The notes: a model not told the origin generated them from the letters alone. Shown: positions 22,371-31,356, counted from the stretch's first letter. The stretch is 64,000 nt of DNA from Myxococcota bacterium (GCA_035506135.1 DATJPY010000014.1:23472-87471), one strand, 5' to 3'. Translations and numbers: made by a program.

Positions 22371-22758
22371 ATCGCGGACCTCGCGGCGCGGGCGCATCGA
22401 GATCATCCCCATGATCGACGTGATGTTCTTCCTGCTCGCGACCTTCATGCTTGCGTCGCTCTCGATGCAGCACTTGCATTCGCTGGGGATCAACCTTCCG
22501 AAGGGCCGCGCTGCGGCGATGGACACGCGAAGCCCGATCACGCTCACCGTGACGCGCGACGGGCAGCTGCTGCTGAACGAGGTCGCGATCACCCTCGACA
22601 CGCTCGAGCCCGCGCTGCGACCGCTACTGGGCGACTCGGAGACGAGCGTCGTGGTTGCGGCGGACGGCGCTGCACCGCACGGCCTGGTGGTCCAGGCGAT
22701 GCTCAAGGCACGCGAGGCCGGTGCCGAGCATTTCTTGATCGCGGTGCAGCACGAGTAG
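22357..22758 (+). CDS. exbD: biopolymer transporter ExbD/TolR
   Basis: 133 aa. The start overlaps exbB. IEIIPMIDVMFFLLATFML TM segment plus a periplasmic domain. Confidence 0.9.
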   Translation: MKLRRSRTSRRGRIEIIPMIDVMFFLLATFMLASLSMQHLHSLGINLPKGRAAAMDTRSPITLTVTRDGQLLLNEVAITLDTLEPALRPLLGDSETSVVVAADGAAPHGLVVQAMLKAREAGAEHFLIAVQHE

Positions 22759-22761
22759 AGC

Positions 22762-23442
22762 GTGGCCGACTCGATCCGCCTCGACGACGGGCCCTGGAGA
22801 CGACTCCCGTGGTCGCTCCCTGGCGGAGCGCTGCTGACGCTGCTCGCCCTGATGGGGCTCGTCCGGATGCTCGCCGAGTCCCCGCCGCAGCGAGAGAAGC
22901 CGCCCGCCCTCAGCGCACAGCTCCTGGAGCTCCCAGCGCCCGGACCCGCCGCTTCCGCCGCGCCCGCGCCGCCCGAGCCAGCGGCCCCCGCACCGCCGCC
23001 CGACCTCGTCACCCCGAAGCCGCCCGAGCCGTTGCCACCGCGGCCTCGCGAGCGAAGGCCGCCGGCGCCGAAGCCGGCGGAATCTTCGGCGCCCGCCAGC
23101 GCCGCTCCTTCCGCGACCGCATCCCGTGAAGCCGCAGTCCCGTCGAGCGCCGGCGGTCCGTCCCTGCCCGGCGGGCGCATGAGCGCGCGCGCCCTCTATC
23201 AGCCGGTGCCCGAGATCCCGGAGGAGCTGCGGCGCGAGAACCTCCAGGCGGTCGCCCTCGCCCGCTTCCGCGTGGCCGCCGACGGCAGCGCGCAGGTCGA
23301 GCTGGTCCGGGCCACGAACGACACGCGGCTGAACCAGGCGCTGCTCGCCGCCCTCAGGCGCTGGCGATTCTTCCCCGCGATGGAGCAGGGCCGGCCGGTC
23401 GACTCGGAGCTCGAGATCCGGGTTCCGATCTCGGTCCGCTGA
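22762..23442 (+). CDS. tonB: energy transducer TonB
   Basis: 226 aa. TM anchor, Pro-rich spacer (PEPAAPAPPPDLVTPKPPEPLPPRP) and a TonB C-terminal domain (LNQALLAALRRWRFFPA). Confidence 0.9.
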   Translation: MADSIRLDDGPWRRLPWSLPGGALLTLLALMGLVRMLAESPPQREKPPALSAQLLELPAPGPAASAAPAPPEPAAPAPPPDLVTPKPPEPLPPRPRERRPPAPKPAESSAPASAAPSATASREAAVPSSAGGPSLPGGRMSARALYQPVPEIPEELRRENLQAVALARFRVAADGSAQVELVRATNDTRLNQALLAALRRWRFFPAMEQGRPVDSELEIRVPISVR

Positions 23443-23512
23443 GCCGGCGCGCCGCGCCCTCGGCTTTGCGGGACGCACGGCTATCTTCGCCGCCGCGCCG
23501 GGGTGCCCTTCG

Positions 23513-25633
23513 ATGATCGCGTTCCTGACCGCATGGCTGAGCGAGACGGCGAACGTCCTCTACGAGGGCTCCCTCTACGTCCTGCTCGGCTTCCTGGTCG
23601 CCGGGGTCCTCCACGAGTTCCTGCCGACCTCGATCATCACGCGCCACCTCGGCCAGGAGCGCCCGCGCTCGGTCGTGCTCGCGGCGCTGTTCGGCGCGCC
23701 CATCCCGCTCTGCTCGTGCGGCGTGCTGCCCGCCGCCGCGGCGCTGCGACGCAAAGGCGCGAGCCGCTCCGCCCTGATGGCGTTCCTGATCTCCACGCCC
23801 GAGACCGGCGTCGACTCCATCGCGCTGACCTGGGGCCTCCTCGGTCCGCTGATGGCCGTGGTGCGCCCGCTCGTCGCCATCGCGACCGGCATCGCCGCCG
23901 GTGTGGGCGGTCTCTTCGTGCGCGACGACGTCGAAGCGAACGCGACGGTGCCGCTCCCGGCGCTGGCACAGGATCACGAGCATGCGACGGGTGCAGACGC
24001 GGCCGACGAAGCTGGGAGGCCGTGGACCGATCGGCTGCGCGCGGGCGTGGCGTACGGCTTCGGCCCGCTGCTCGACGAGATCGCCTTCTGGCTCGCGGTC
24101 GGCTTCGCGCTGACGGGCCTGCTCGCGGCGCTGCTCCCGAACGATTTCTTCTCGGCCGTGCTCGGCTGGGACCGCGGCCTCCTGCCGATGCTTGCGATGG
24201 CGCTCGCGAGCGTGCCGCTCTACCTCTGCGCGAGCGCCTCGACGCCGGTCGCTGCGGCGCTGGTCGCGAAGGGCCTCTCGCCGGGCGCCGCGCTGGTCTT
24301 CCTGCTGGTGGGGCCCGCGACCAACGCCGCGACCCTGAGCGTCGCGCGCCAGCTCCTCGGCGCGCGGCGGCTGCGCATCTACGTCCTCACCGTGCTCGCG
24401 TTCTCGATCGCCGCCGGCCTCGCGCTCGATCCGCTCGCGGGCGACACCATTCGGGCGTCGACGCTGGGCGCGGCCCGGCTGCCCGAGCGCGGGCTCCCGG
24501 CGTTCGCGAAGCTCCTGGCGGCGATCGCCTTCGGCGCCCTGCTGGCTCGGAGCTTCGCGCGCACCCGCTTCCGCGAGGGGCGCCGCGATGCCGCCGACCA
24601 GATCCACCGCCTCCGCGCGGCGCTCGCGGGCTTCGACCCCCGCGCGCTGCTCCGGCCCCCGGTGCTGGCCGCGCTCGCGGCGCTGCTGCTCGCGCTCCTG
24701 CTACCGCGCATGGTGCTGGTCGTCGGGCCCGGCCAGCGTGGGGTCGTGCAGCGCTTCGGGCGCCTGGTGGCGGGCGACCTCCCGCCCGGGCTCCACCTGC
24801 ACTGGCCGGCGCCGCTCGGGCGCGGCGTGGCCGTCGACGTCGACTGGGTGCGGCAGCTCACCGTCGGCTTCCGCGGGAACCCCGCGGACGTGCGCGTCAG
24901 CATGGGCGACGAGGCGTTCTACCTCACCGCCGACGAGAACCTGATCGACATCCGCTCCGTCGTCAGCTACCGCGTTCGCGACCCCGCGCGCTTCGCGCTC
25001 GGCGTGGAGAACCCCGACGCGGTGATCGGCGCCCTGGCCCGGGACGTGCTGGTGCGCATCGCCACCGCGCAGACCATCGACGCCATCTACGCGACGGGGC
25101 GCCTCGACGTCGAGCGCGCCTGGCGCGAGGCGCTCGGCCGCGAGGTCGAGGCGCTCGGAATCGGGGCCGAGCTGGTCGACGCGCGGCTGCTCGACGTGCA
25201 CGCGCCGGAGGGCGTGCACGACGCCTTCCGGGACGTGGCGAGCGCCGTCGAGGATCGCGAGCGCGAGATCCACGACGCGAACGGATACGGCGCCGAGCGG
25301 CGCAACCAAGGCGCGGGCGAGTCCGCGACGCTGGTCGAAGCCGCGCGCGCCGAGGCCACGCGCGTCGCGAAGCAGGCGGCGGGCGACGCCGCCGCCTTCG
25401 CCGGCCTCGCCGCCGTCGACGCCGAACACCCCGCCGTGACCGAGGAGCGCCTGTGGCTCGAGTCGCTCGAGCGCACGCTCCCCGCGCCGCGCAAGTTCAT
25501 CCGCGCCGCGGGCAACGCCGGCGACGTCGACCTCTGGGTGGGCAATCCGCCGCCCGGCGGGCTGCCCGCCCTCTCCCTGCCCGCGGCCCCGCCGATCGGA
25601 CCGCCCGCCGCGAAGGAGCCCGCCACGCCATGA
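23513..25633 (+). CDS. fusion protein: COG0701/ArsP_1-type (SO_0444-like Cu/Zn) permease plus HflK-like SPFH (band 7) domain
   Basis: 706-aa uninterrupted ORF. The N-terminal half is a multi-TM permease with APIPLCSCGVLP and a His/Asp loop AQDHEHATGADAADE. The C-terminal half carries VVGPGQRGVVQRFGR, YLTADENLIDIRSVVSYRVRDP, APEGVHDAFRDVASAVEDRER and ERLWLESLERTL, typical of HflK. Confidence 0.8.
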   Translation: MIAFLTAWLSETANVLYEGSLYVLLGFLVAGVLHEFLPTSIITRHLGQERPRSVVLAALFGAPIPLCSCGVLPAAAALRRKGASRSALMAFLISTPETGVDSIALTWGLLGPLMAVVRPLVAIATGIAAGVGGLFVRDDVEANATVPLPALAQDHEHATGADAADEAGRPWTDRLRAGVAYGFGPLLDEIAFWLAVGFALTGLLAALLPNDFFSAVLGWDRGLLPMLAMALASVPLYLCASASTPVAAALVAKGLSPGAALVFLLVGPATNAATLSVARQLLGARRLRIYVLTVLAFSIAAGLALDPLAGDTIRASTLGAARLPERGLPAFAKLLAAIAFGALLARSFARTRFREGRRDAADQIHRLRAALAGFDPRALLRPPVLAALAALLLALLLPRMVLVVGPGQRGVVQRFGRLVAGDLPPGLHLHWPAPLGRGVAVDVDWVRQLTVGFRGNPADVRVSMGDEAFYLTADENLIDIRSVVSYRVRDPARFALGVENPDAVIGALARDVLVRIATAQTIDAIYATGRLDVERAWREALGREVEALGIGAELVDARLLDVHAPEGVHDAFRDVASAVEDREREIHDANGYGAERRNQGAGESATLVEAARAEATRVAKQAAGDAAAFAGLAAVDAEHPAVTEERLWLESLERTLPAPRKFIRAAGNAGDVDLWVGNPPPGGLPALSLPAAPPIGPPAAKEPATP

Positions 25634-26532
25634 GAATGCTGCTCGCCCTGGTCGCCGTCGCTCTCGCGGCGGCCGCGCTCGTCTCGTCGATCGTGGTGGT
25701 GGACGAGACCGAGCATGCCGTGATCACGCAGTTCGGCCGCCCGGTCGCCGTGATCAGCGAGGCGGGAGCGCACATCAAGCTCCCCGCGCCCATCCAGCGC
25801 GCCACCTTCCTCGACAAGCGGATCCTCCTGAGCCAGCTCCCGCAGACGGAGCTGCTGACCGCGGACAAGAAGAACATCGTCGTGTCGACCTATGTCGCGT
25901 GGCGCATCGCCGACCCGCTGAAGTTCCTCTCCGCGCTGCGCTCGCGCGACTTCGCCGAGGCGCGGCTCGCCGCGCTCGTGCAGTCGGAGCTCGGCTCGAC
26001 GCTGGGGAGCCAGCCCTTCTCGAGCATCGTCCCGGCGGCGGCCGGAGGCACGAACTTGAAGCAGGTCGAGGAGCGCGTCGCGAGCGCCGCTCGCGAGGTG
26101 GCCGCGCGCGACTTCGGGATCGAGGTGACGAGCGTCGGCGTGACCCGCCTCGGCTACCCGGCGCAGAACCTCCAGAGCGTCTTCGCGCGCATGCGCGCCG
26201 AGCGCGAGCGCATCGCGCGTGGCTATCGCTCCGAGGGCAAGGCCGAGGCCCAGAAAATCCGCGCCGAAGCGGATCGCGAGCGCACGACGCTGCTCGCCAA
26301 CGCCGAGGCGGAGGCGGCCCGGCTCCAGGGCGAGGGCGAGGCGGAGGCCGCGCGCGTCTACGCCGACGCCTATCGCGGGCACGAGGACTTCTATCGCTTC
26401 CTCCGCACGCTGCAGGCGTACGAGAAGACGCTGAAGGACAACACCACGCTGGTGCTGCCGGCCGACTCGCCCTTCCTCGACCTCCTGCTCTCGCGGACGC
26501 CGGGCGGCCACGCTGCGGGCGCGGGTCGCTAG
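25630..26532 (+). CDS. HflC-like SPFH domain protein
   Basis: 300 aa. ATG 25630 overlaps the upstream stop (ATGA). HflC-type motifs: VVVDETEHAVITQFGRP, LLTADKKNIVVSTYVAWRIADP, QSVFARMRAERERIARGYRSEGKAEAQKIRAEADRE and FYRFLRTLQAYEKTL. Confidence 0.85.
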   Translation: MRMLLALVAVALAAAALVSSIVVVDETEHAVITQFGRPVAVISEAGAHIKLPAPIQRATFLDKRILLSQLPQTELLTADKKNIVVSTYVAWRIADPLKFLSALRSRDFAEARLAALVQSELGSTLGSQPFSSIVPAAAGGTNLKQVEERVASAAREVAARDFGIEVTSVGVTRLGYPAQNLQSVFARMRAERERIARGYRSEGKAEAQKIRAEADRERTTLLANAEAEAARLQGEGEAEAARVYADAYRGHEDFYRFLRTLQAYEKTLKDNTTLVLPADSPFLDLLLSRTPGGHAAGAGR

Positions 26533-26535
26533 CGG

Positions 26536-27468
26536 ATGGAAGGCCGCCGCCGTTGGGGCTCCGGCCGACTCGGCCGACTGCTGCGCTGGGGCGTGGCGCC
26601 GCTCGCCGCTGCCGCGTACCTCGGCTCCGGCTTCTACAGCGTCCAGACCGACGAGAGCGCCGTCGCCTTCGTGCTCGGCCGGGCGGTCGGGCGCGACGAG
26701 CTCCCGGGCATGCACTGGAACCCGCCCTGGCCGTTCGGGCGCGTCCTCGTCGAGAAGACGGCCACCAACTTCACGATGCCGATCGGCTATCGCCTGGTCG
26801 ATCGCCCGGGCGAGCCGCCCATCTCGGACCTGTGGCTCACGGGCGACACCAACGAGATCACGGCCCGGCTCGACGTCCAGTACAGCGTGCGAAGCCTGAC
26901 CGATCTCGCGCTGGCCCACGAGGAGCCGCGGGAGCTCCTGCGGCGCGGCGGCGAGCGCGTGCTGTCGCGCTTCCTGGTCAGCGAGAACGTCGACGCCGCG
27001 ATCACCACGAAGCGGGCCGAGCTCCAGGACTTCGTGCGCCGCGAGCTGCAGGCGCTGCTCGACGCGGACGGCGTCGGGATCCAGGTGCAGGCGGTGAGCA
27101 TCAAGGAGCTCGCACCTCCGATCGAGGGCCAGGTCCGCAGCGCCTTCCAGGAGGTGCAGAACGCGAGCGCGGACCGCGAGCGCAGCATCTCGGAGGCGCG
27201 CGCCTACGAGGCGCAGGTGCTCGCCGAGGCGCAGGGCGACGCCCAGCGCCGCCTCTCCGACGCGACCGCGACCCGCTACCGCCGCATCGAGGTGGCCTCC
27301 GGCGAGGCCGATCGCTTCCAGGCGCTGGCGCGCGAGCACGACCGCGCGCCCGCGCTGACCGAGCAGCGCCTCTACCTCGAGACGCTCGAGCGCCTGCTGC
27401 CGGGGCTCCAGACCTACGTGGTCGAGCCCGCGAAGGACGGCAAGGTGAACCTGCGGATCGTCCGGTGA
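26536..27468 (+). CDS. HflK-like SPFH domain protein
   Basis: 310 aa, starting 3 nt after the previous stop. YSVQTDESAVAFVLGR, WLTGDTNEITARLDVQYSV, PPIEGQVRSAFQEVQNASADRER and EQRLYLETLERLL motifs. Confidence 0.85.
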   Translation: MEGRRRWGSGRLGRLLRWGVAPLAAAAYLGSGFYSVQTDESAVAFVLGRAVGRDELPGMHWNPPWPFGRVLVEKTATNFTMPIGYRLVDRPGEPPISDLWLTGDTNEITARLDVQYSVRSLTDLALAHEEPRELLRRGGERVLSRFLVSENVDAAITTKRAELQDFVRRELQALLDADGVGIQVQAVSIKELAPPIEGQVRSAFQEVQNASADRERSISEARAYEAQVLAEAQGDAQRRLSDATATRYRRIEVASGEADRFQALAREHDRAPALTEQRLYLETLERLLPGLQTYVVEPAKDGKVNLRIVR

Positions 27469-28385
27469 GGCGCCCGCTCCTGGCGATGGGGGCCGCGCTG
27501 GCCGGACTCGCAGCGGTGGCGAGCGCCGCCACCGCGCCGACACCGATTCGCGTGGTCGCGACGATCCAGCCGATCGCGATGCTCGTGCGCGAGCTGGGCG
27601 CCGGTCGCGTCGCCGTGACGAGCCTGGTGCCGCCCGGCGCCAGCCTCCACACCTTCGCGCCGAGGCCCGGTGACGTCGCGGCGGTCGAGGAGACCGGACT
27701 GTTCGTCGAGGTGGGAGCCGGGCTCGACACCTGGGCCGCGAAGCTCGAGAACGCCGCCGCGAGCCGGCCCGAGCGGCTGGTGCTGATCGAGCTCCCGAGC
27801 CTCGATCCCCTGCCGGCCGATCCTCGCGAGCACGGCCACGACGCCGCCGGCGCGCGAGCCCGCTTCGATCCACATGTCTGGCTGGACCCCATCCGGGTCC
27901 GCGACGTGGTCGCGCCCGCTCTGGTCGCTGCGCTCGTCCGCATCGATCCAGGCGGACGCGCCGAGTACGACACGGCGCTCGCGGCGCTGCGTGCGCGCAT
28001 CGACGAGCTCGACGCGGAGATCCGGCGCACGCTCGAGGGACACGGGACGAAGTTCGTGGCCTTCCACGGCGCCTGGCGCTACTTCGCCGCCCGCTACGGC
28101 CTCGAGGAGATCGGCGTGGTCGAGGAGGCGCCGGGCGAGGAGCCGGCACCCCGCGAGATCGCGAGGCTCGTCGAGGCGGCGCGCGCGGCGCACGTCCCCG
28201 CGATCCTGACCGAGCCGCAGCTCAATCCGCGCATCGCCGCGACCATCGCCGCCGAGCTCGGCGCCGGAACCGTGACGGTCGACGAGCAGGGCGACCCGCG
28301 CGACCCCGAGCGCGCCGACTACGTCGCCCTGATGCGCTTCGACGCGCGCGCGTTCGCTCGCGCGTTGGGGAACGGCGCGCCGTGA
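27465..28385 (+). CDS. znuA: metal (probably zinc) ABC transporter substrate-binding protein, ZnuA/TroA family
   Basis: 306 aa. GTG 27465 overlaps the upstream stop (GTGA). Signal peptide, predicted metal-ligand His positions (SLHTFAP, DPHVWLDP, FHGAWRYF) and a short His/acidic loop (PREHGHDA). Confidence 0.85.
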   Translation: MRRPLLAMGAALAGLAAVASAATAPTPIRVVATIQPIAMLVRELGAGRVAVTSLVPPGASLHTFAPRPGDVAAVEETGLFVEVGAGLDTWAAKLENAAASRPERLVLIELPSLDPLPADPREHGHDAAGARARFDPHVWLDPIRVRDVVAPALVAALVRIDPGGRAEYDTALAALRARIDELDAEIRRTLEGHGTKFVAFHGAWRYFAARYGLEEIGVVEEAPGEEPAPREIARLVEAARAAHVPAILTEPQLNPRIAATIAAELGAGTVTVDEQGDPRDPERADYVALMRFDARAFARALGNGAP

Positions 28386-29155
28386 GCGGTGACCCCGTCG
28401 TGCGCCTCGCGGGCGTGTCGGTCGAACGGCAGGGGCGCCGCGTGCTCGAGGACATCAGCTTCTCGCTCGACGCGGGTCACTTCCTCGGTGTCGTCGGCCC
28501 GAACGGCGCGGGCAAGACGACCCTCCTGCGCGCGATGCTCGGACTGGTGCCGATCGCGGCGGGTCGCATCGAGGTGTTCGGGCGCCCGCCCGGCGGCGCC
28601 TCGCCCGAGGTCGGCTATGTCCCGCAGCGCCACGCGGTCGCGGCGTCGTTTCCCGCCACGGTGCGCGACGTGGTGATGATGGGCCGGCTGCGGCGGCTCG
28701 GCTGGCTCGAGCGCCCGCGCGCTGCGGATCGCGAATCGGTCGCGCGCAGCCTCGCGCGGGTCGGCATGCAGGACCGCGCCGAGCGGCCGATCGGACGCCT
28801 CTCGGGCGGCGAGCAGCGCCGGGTGATGCTGGCGCAGGCGCTGTGCTCGAGCCAGCGCCTGCTGGTGCTCGACGAGCCGACGATCGGGCTCGACCTGCCG
28901 GCCGAGCAGGCCTTCTACGCGCTCCTGCGCTCGCTCAAGGAGGAGCTCGGGCTCACCGTGATCGCGGTCTCGCACGACCTCGTCGCCCTCGCGGCCGAGG
29001 CCGACGAGCTCGTCTGCATCAACCGCAGCATGCACGTCCACGGGAACCCGGAGGACGTCGTGCACAGCCACGCCCTGCGCGAGGCCTACAGCTGCGAGTT
29101 CAACTTCCTGGCCGGCGAGATCGCGCATCACGAGCGCATCGGGCGCGAGCGCTGA
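28382..29155 (+). CDS. znuC: metal ABC transporter ATP-binding protein
   Basis: 257 aa. Walker A GPNGAGKTT, signature LSGGEQRRV and Walker B LLVLDEPT. The start overlaps the znuA stop (GTGA). Confidence 0.88.
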   Translation: MSGDPVVRLAGVSVERQGRRVLEDISFSLDAGHFLGVVGPNGAGKTTLLRAMLGLVPIAAGRIEVFGRPPGGASPEVGYVPQRHAVAASFPATVRDVVMMGRLRRLGWLERPRAADRESVARSLARVGMQDRAERPIGRLSGGEQRRVMLAQALCSSQRLLVLDEPTIGLDLPAEQAFYALLRSLKEELGLTVIAVSHDLVALAAEADELVCINRSMHVHGNPEDVVHSHALREAYSCEFNFLAGEIAHHERIGRER

Positions 29156-29160
29156 TGCTC

Positions 29161-29204
29161 GCCGCGGAGCCCTCCGGTGATTGCCGCGGAGCCCTCCGGT
29201 GATT
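29161..29204. repeat. perfect 22-bp tandem duplication (GCCGCGGAGCCCTCCGGTGATT x2) covering the znuB RBS and start codon
   Basis: Read directly from the sequence: 29161-29182 and 29183-29204 are identical. Each copy contains GGAG followed by GTG. Confidence 0.95.
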
Positions 29205-29996
29205 GAGTTCGCCTTCATGCAGCGCGCGCTCGCCGCCGCGGTGCTGGTCGGGGTGGTGTGCGGCGCCCTCGGCTTCTTCGTGGTGCTCCGGAGGCTCGCG
29301 TTCATCGGCGTCGGCATCTCGCACTCCGCCATCGGCGGCGTGGCGATCGGCGTGGTGGCGGGCGTCTCGCCGCTGCTCACCGCCGCGGTCTTCGCCGTTG
29401 CGGTGGCGCTCGGCATCGCCGCGGTGGGACGCCGCAGCGCGCTCTCCGAGGACGCCGTGATCGGCGTCTTCTTCTCCGGTTCGATGGCGCTCGGCGTGGT
29501 GCTCTTCAGCCTGCAGCGCGGCTACCAGCAGGACCTGTTCGGCTACCTGTTCGGCGACGTGCTGGCGATCTCGGGGCGCGAGCTCGCGACGCTCGCGGCG
29601 GCGACCGCGCTAGTCCTGATCGCCCTGGCCTTCGCGTTCCGACGGCTCTTCTTCATCGCCTTCGACGAGGAGATCGCACAGGCCTACGGACAGCCGGTGG
29701 GGCTGCTCAACACCGCCCTCCTCGTCCTGCTCGCCCTCACCATCGTGATCGGCGTCCGGCTGGTGGGTGCCATCCTGGTCGAGGCGCTCCTGGTGATCCC
29801 GGCCGCCTGCGCCGCGCTCTGGGCGAGCGGCTGGCGGGCCCAGCTCGTGCTGGCGACCGGCCTCGGCGCCGCCAGCGGGGTGCTCGGGCTCGCGCTCGCC
29901 TACTGGCTCAATCTCGCCGCAGGGGCCAGCATCGTGCTGGTCTCGGCCGGCCTCTTCTTCGCCTCCCTGGCGCTCCGGCGCGGCGGACCGGCGTGA
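29199..29996 (+). CDS. znuB: metal ABC transporter permease (ABC-3, ZnuB-like)
   Basis: Track ORF 29181-29996 begins at TTG. GTG 29199 ([18 protein letters not shown]...) sits 7 nt after GGAG and matches the usual ZnuB N-terminus. Multi-TM. Confidence 0.88.
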   Translation: MIEFAFMQRALAAAVLVGVVCGALGFFVVLRRLAFIGVGISHSAIGGVAIGVVAGVSPLLTAAVFAVAVALGIAAVGRRSALSEDAVIGVFFSGSMALGVVLFSLQRGYQQDLFGYLFGDVLAISGRELATLAAATALVLIALAFAFRRLFFIAFDEEIAQAYGQPVGLLNTALLVLLALTIVIGVRLVGAILVEALLVIPAACAALWASGWRAQLVLATGLGAASGVLGLALAYWLNLAAGASIVLVSAGLFFASLALRRGGPA

Positions 29997-30115
29997 ACGC
30001 GCAGCCCGGATGCATCCCGCGTGCCGTGTGCTACCTACTGGCGCGCCGCGGACCGGGCCGGGCGCCGAAGACCGCGAGCCGAACCCCGAGACCCGACCCG
30101 AGCAGGACGGAGCCG

Positions 30116-30421
30116 ATGGCGAAGACGTCGCAGGTCCACCGCGAGCTCAAGCGCAAGGCGCTGATCGCGAAGCATGCCGCGAAGCGCGCGGAGCTCCGCA
30201 AGCGGCTCAAGGATCCCGAGGCCTCGATCGACGACAAGTTCGCCGCTCAGCTCGAGTTCTCCAAGCTCCCGCGCAACTCCTGCCCGACCCGCAAGAAGAA
30301 CCGCTGCGGCGTGACCGGCCGGCCGCGCGGCTATCACCGCAAGTTCGGAATCTCGCGCATCGCCCTGCGCGAGCTGGCGCTCGCGGGCCAGCTCCCGGGC
30401 GTGCGGAAGTCGAGCTGGTAG
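30116..30421 (+). CDS. rpsN: 30S ribosomal protein S14, long non-zinc-ribbon (C-) form, likely alternative paralog
   Basis: 101 aa. [28 protein letters not shown] ... [34 protein letters not shown]. It lies outside any ribosomal operon and next to zinc transporters. Confidence 0.9.
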   Translation: MAKTSQVHRELKRKALIAKHAAKRAELRKRLKDPEASIDDKFAAQLEFSKLPRNSCPTRKKNRCGVTGRPRGYHRKFGISRIALRELALAGQLPGVRKSSW

Positions 30422-30423
30422 CC

Positions 30424-30669
30424 GTGAAGGAAGGCGTCCACCCCGACTACCACAAGGTGATCTTCGTCGACAGCGCGACCGGGACGGAGTGGATCACGCG
30501 ATCGACGCTCACGTCCTCGGAGACGCGCGACGTCGACGGCGAGGCGGTGCCGCTGGTGCGGCTCGAGATCTCGTCGGTGAGCCATCCCTTCTGGACCGGT
30601 CACCTGCGCGAGGCCGCGCGCGGCGGCAAGGTCGACGACTTCCGCCGCCGCTACGGCAAGAAGAAGTAG
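30424..30669 (+). CDS. rpmE2: 50S ribosomal protein L31 type B (no Cys, zinc-independent)
   Basis: 81 aa. VKEGVHPDYHKVIFVDSATG...LEISSVSHPFWTG...GKVDDFRRRYG. There are no cysteines at all, as in type B L31. Confidence 0.9.
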   Translation: MKEGVHPDYHKVIFVDSATGTEWITRSTLTSSETRDVDGEAVPLVRLEISSVSHPFWTGHLREAARGGKVDDFRRRYGKKK

Positions 30670-30680
30670 CGAGGACGACG

Positions 30681-30986
30681 ATGCCCCGGCACTGCGCGCT
30701 CACCGGAGCCACCGTGCGCTACGGAAACAACGTCTCGCACTCCAACCGCCGGACGAGTCGAACCTTCGCGCCGAACCTGCAGCGCGCCTCGCTGATCTCG
30801 GACGCGCTGCGCCGCACGGTGCGCCTGCGCGTGACGACGCGCGCGCTGCGCAGCGTGCAGAAGCACGGCGGCCTCGACGCCTTCCTGCTCGACACGCCCG
30901 ACGCGCGACTCGGTGCGGAGGGGCTCGAGCTGAAGCGCCGCGTGCTCCGCGTGCTCGCCGGCCGGCGGAAGGCGAAGGCAGGCTGA
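30681..30986 (+). CDS. rpmB: 50S ribosomal protein L28
   Basis: 101 aa. MPRHCALTGATVRYGNNVSHSNRRTSRTFAPNLQ...VRLRVTTRALRSVQKHGGLDAFLL. Confidence 0.88.
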   Translation: MPRHCALTGATVRYGNNVSHSNRRTSRTFAPNLQRASLISDALRRTVRLRVTTRALRSVQKHGGLDAFLLDTPDARLGAEGLELKRRVLRVLAGRRKAKAG

Positions 30987-30993
30987 GGCGCCG

Positions 30994-31356
30994 GTGCGGC
31001 GGATCGCGAGCGCAGCCCTCGTCTCCGCCGCGCTCCTCGCGAGCCCCTCGCTCCACCACCCCGCCGACGAGCCCCTCGCGGCGCCGGCGATCTCGGCCCA
31101 CGCATTCGCCCCGGAGCTCTGCTCGGACCGCGAGCGCTCGGCGCCGCACGACCACGAGCTCTGCCGGATCTGCCGGGCCACCGCCCAGGCGCGCCTCGCG
31201 CTGCGCGTGCCCGCACGCCTCTCGACGCCCTTCCTCGAGGGAGCAGGACGGCTCCCGCTCCAGGCTTCCGCCTCCACGGCGCCGACCGCGGAGCCCGTCC
31301 TCTCGGGCTGCGCTCCGCGCGCTCCGCCCGGCGTCCTCTCCGCGCTCGAAGCCTAG
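30994..31356 (+). CDS. small DUF2946-like Cys/His protein (paralog of 18749-19198)
   Basis: 120 aa with a GTG start 7 nt after rpmB. N-terminal hydrophobic segment, central PHDHELCRICRATAQA motif and C-terminal PRAPP. Confidence 0.6.
   Translation: MRRIASAALVSAALLASPSLHHPADEPLAAPAISAHAFAPELCSDRERSAPHDHELCRICRATAQARLALRVPARLSTPFLEGAGRLPLQASASTAPTAEPVLSGCAPRAPPGVLSALEA

Noticed and set aside
25087-28149. 1020-aa minus-strand ORF across the SPFH/znuA genes; similar cases at 49700-52324, 53803-55899, 12907-14982 and 16567-18642
   Set aside because: Antisense to ORFs with clear family signatures, with extreme Arg/Pro/Ala composition and no recognisable domains.
29997-30115. Zur/Fur-type operator upstream of the alternative ribosomal protein genes (also checked 18526-18748, 23443-23512 and 31357-31454)
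   Set aside because: I found no AT-rich palindrome resembling known Zur boxes, only a GGATGCATCC palindrome at 30008-30017, which is too short and generic to call. The lineage-specific motif is unknown to me.
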